Source: Heterodontus francisci (Eukaryota). Taken from it: a stretch of 64,000 nt of DNA. Of the stretch, positions 61,571 to 64,000 are shown piece by piece (position 1 is the stretch's first letter; each line of letters begins with the position of its first letter). Below the pieces are notes generated by a model. It was not told where the DNA came from. It did no database searches and saw only the letters and a program-made list of their open reading frames with translations. Made by a program: the position numbers and the translations under genes. The stretch lies in NCBI RefSeq assembly GCF_036365525.1, contig NC_090374.1, positions 13,619,168-13,683,167 on the forward strand, given 5' to 3'.

Positions 61571-62180
61571 TCCCCGTGCTTTACCTGCCCTGGGAGTATT
61601 TGTTGGGACCCTGCAGAGGGAGCCTTACTCTGTATCTAACCCCTGCTGTAGCTGCACTGGGAGCGTTTGATGGGACAGTGTAGAGGGAGCTTTACTCTGT
61701 ATCTAACCCCGTGCTGTAGCTGCACTGGGAGTGTTTGATGGGACAGTGTAGAGGGAGTTTTACTCTGTATCTAACCTGTGCTGTACCTGCCCTGGGAGTG
61801 TTTGATGGGACAGTGTAGAGGGAGCTTTACTCTGTATCTAACCCCGTGCTGTAGCTGCACTGGGAGTGTTTGATGGGACAGTGTAGAGGGAGTTTTACTC
61901 TGTATCTAACCTGTGCTGTACCTGCCCTGGGAGTGTTTGATGGGATAGTGTAGAGGGAGCTTTACTCTGTATCTAACCCCTGCAGTAGCTGCACTGGGAG
62001 TGTTTGATGGGACAGTGTCGAGGGAGCTTTACTCTGTATCTAACCCCTGCTGTAGCTGCACTGGGAGTGTTTGATGGGATAGTGTAGAGGGAGCTTTACT
62101 CTGTATCTAACCCCTGCAGTAGCTGCACTGGGAGTGTTTGATGGGATAGTGTCGAGAGAGCTTTACTCTGTATCTAAACC
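61571..62180 (+). repeat. Minisatellite, ~67-68 bp unit, ~9 copies
   Basis: Unit ctttactctgtatctaacccc(g)tgctgtagctgcactgggagtgtttgatgggacagtgtagagggag, repeated head-to-tail. Confidence 0.95.
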
Positions 62181-62862
62181 ATTTTTTTTCTTTTATTGGG
62201 GGGGGACTGTGTACAGGGGGCTTTATACTCGATCTAACTTGTGCTATTCAGAGGGTTGCCAACCCTCCCTGATTGCCTTGGGAATTGACGAGGGATCTCC
62301 CAGGCACTCCATTTAGTGACACAGAACAAAAGTACTTTCCATGTGTGATTCATGCCCGTGTGGCTCAATTCCCACTGCAACAAAAATGTTGAACTGTCTA
62401 TTTAAAAAAATAATGTTCATTGTATCTTCTGTTTTTTTTCCAAAAATAGAAAGTAAACTCAAATGACAAATAGCCAGTTGGACATTACACAATCCAAAGT
62501 CATGATTAATAACCAATCTGCACTGGAAAGCTGTCGGAGGTGAGGGGGCTAACAATTTGTGAATTAACCACTCGCATCACCACTCAACAGAAATCCAGAA
62601 GCTAGCAGCTGCAGTGACTTAAAATGTACTGGTTTTAAATCCAGATGAAGAATATTCGAAGTTCATGTGGCAACATAGGGCTGAATTTATTCAGCCAGTA
62701 GAAGTGGGCTCAGAGGCATGGAGGGCAGAAAAATCGGGAGAGGATGTGCTCGCCTGGAACTCCAATGCCGTGACTTTGGTTCCAGATTTTGTCAGCGGCA
62801 GAAAAGGTCCAAGACAGGTTTGTTGCAATGATGCAGCAGGACTGAAACCGACCTTGGTGATA

Positions 62863-63890
62863 AGAACAAAGAACAGTACAGCACTGGAACAGGCCATTCA
62901 GCCCTCCAAGCCTGCACCGATCTTGATGCCTGTCTAAACTAAAATCTTCTGCACTTCTGTGGTCCGTATCCCTCTATTCCCATCCTATTCATGTATTTGT
63001 TCAAGATGTCTCTTAAACGTCGCTATCGTATCTGCTTCCACCACCTCCCCCGGCAGCAAGTTCCAGGCACTCGCCACCCTCTGTGTAAAAAAAACTTGCC
63101 TCGCACATCCCTCTAAACTTTGCCCCTCGCACCTTAAATCTATGTCCCCTAGTAACTGACTCTTCCACCCTGGGAAAAAGCTTCTGACTATCCACTCTGA
63201 CCATGCCACTTATAACTTTGTAAACCTCTATCATGTCGCCCCTCCACCTCCGTCGTTCCAGTGAAAACAATCCGAGTTTATCCAACCTCTCCTCATAGCT
63301 AATGCCCTCCAGACCAGGCAACATCCTGGTAAACCTCTTCTGTACCCTCTCCAAAGCCTCCACATCCTTCTGGTAGTGTGGCGACCAGAATTGCACGCAA
63401 TATTCTAAGTGCGGCCTAACTAAGGTTCTGTACAGCTGCAGCATAACTTGCCAATTTTTATACTCTATGCCCCGACCGATGAAGGCAAGCATGTCGTATG
63501 CCTTCTTGACTACCTTATCCACCTGCTTTGCCACTTTCAGTGATCTGTGGACCTGTACGCCCAGATCTCTCTGTCTGCCAATACTCCTAAGGGTTCTGCC
63601 ATTTACTGTATACCTCCCACCTGCATTAGACCTTCCAAAATGCATTACCTCACATTTGTCCGGATTAAACTCCATCTGCCATTTCTCCGCCCAAGTCTTC
63701 AACTGATCTATATCCTGCTGTATCCTCTGACAATCCTCATCACTATCCGCAACTCCACCAACCTTTGTGTCGTCCGCAAACTTACTAATCAGACCAGCTA
63801 CATTTTCCTCCAAATCATTAATATATACTACAAACAGCAAAGGTCCCAGCACTGATCCCTGCAGAACACCAGTCACATCCCTCAATTCAG
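62863..63890 (-). mobile_element. Young CR1 family E, 5'-truncated
   Basis: ORF 63013-63993 has QGSVLGP, FADD and LEYCVQFW; 3'UTR matches 26760-26878. Confidence 0.93.
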
Positions 63891-64000
63891 AAAACACTGT
63901 AACTAAAATAAAAACTAACCTTGTAACTAAAATCCTCCATCCCTGCAACCATTCAGGTAAATCTCCTCTGCATCCCCTCAAGGACCCTGACATCCTTCCT

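Noticed and set aside
61571-62180. CRISPR-like array
   Set aside because: Whole units repeat with no unique spacers, and the context is vertebrate.

Overview
Eukaryotic, TE-dense genomic DNA, most likely from a cartilaginous fish (shark), judged from its HE1-type V-SINEs, SacSINE1-type DeuSINEs and esterase-ORF1 CR1 LINEs. Most ORF-track entries are transposon pieces or antisense shadows. Reading splice sites by hand on the minus strand yields one host gene spanning most of the window. It encodes a type I Ig-superfamily receptor, with exons for a signal peptide (47818-47878), a Siglec-15-like V domain that keeps the sialic-acid-binding Arg (31692-32084), a second V domain lacking that Arg (15066-15416) and an uncharged TM (13277-13384). 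Short cytoplasmic exons follow at 8214-8253, 6932-6993, 3815-3856 and 935-970, and the gene probably continues past base 1. All intron phases match. Reading through a weak donor at 6931 would instead give a 354-aa form ending in an ITSM and a PDZ-type motif. Other highlights: a young CR1 inserted exactly at an exon's GT donor; a coronavirus-type T_TTA_AAC slippery site at the CR1 ORF1/ORF2 junction with no AUG for ORF2; a Tx1-clade LINE apparently targeting a ~67-bp minisatellite; a hAT element encoding a CGGBP1-like protein; a LINE with a tRNA-like head plus its head-and-tail SINE derivative; and deep nested insertions. All calls are by eye and TE boundaries are approximate unless TSDs or TIRs are given.
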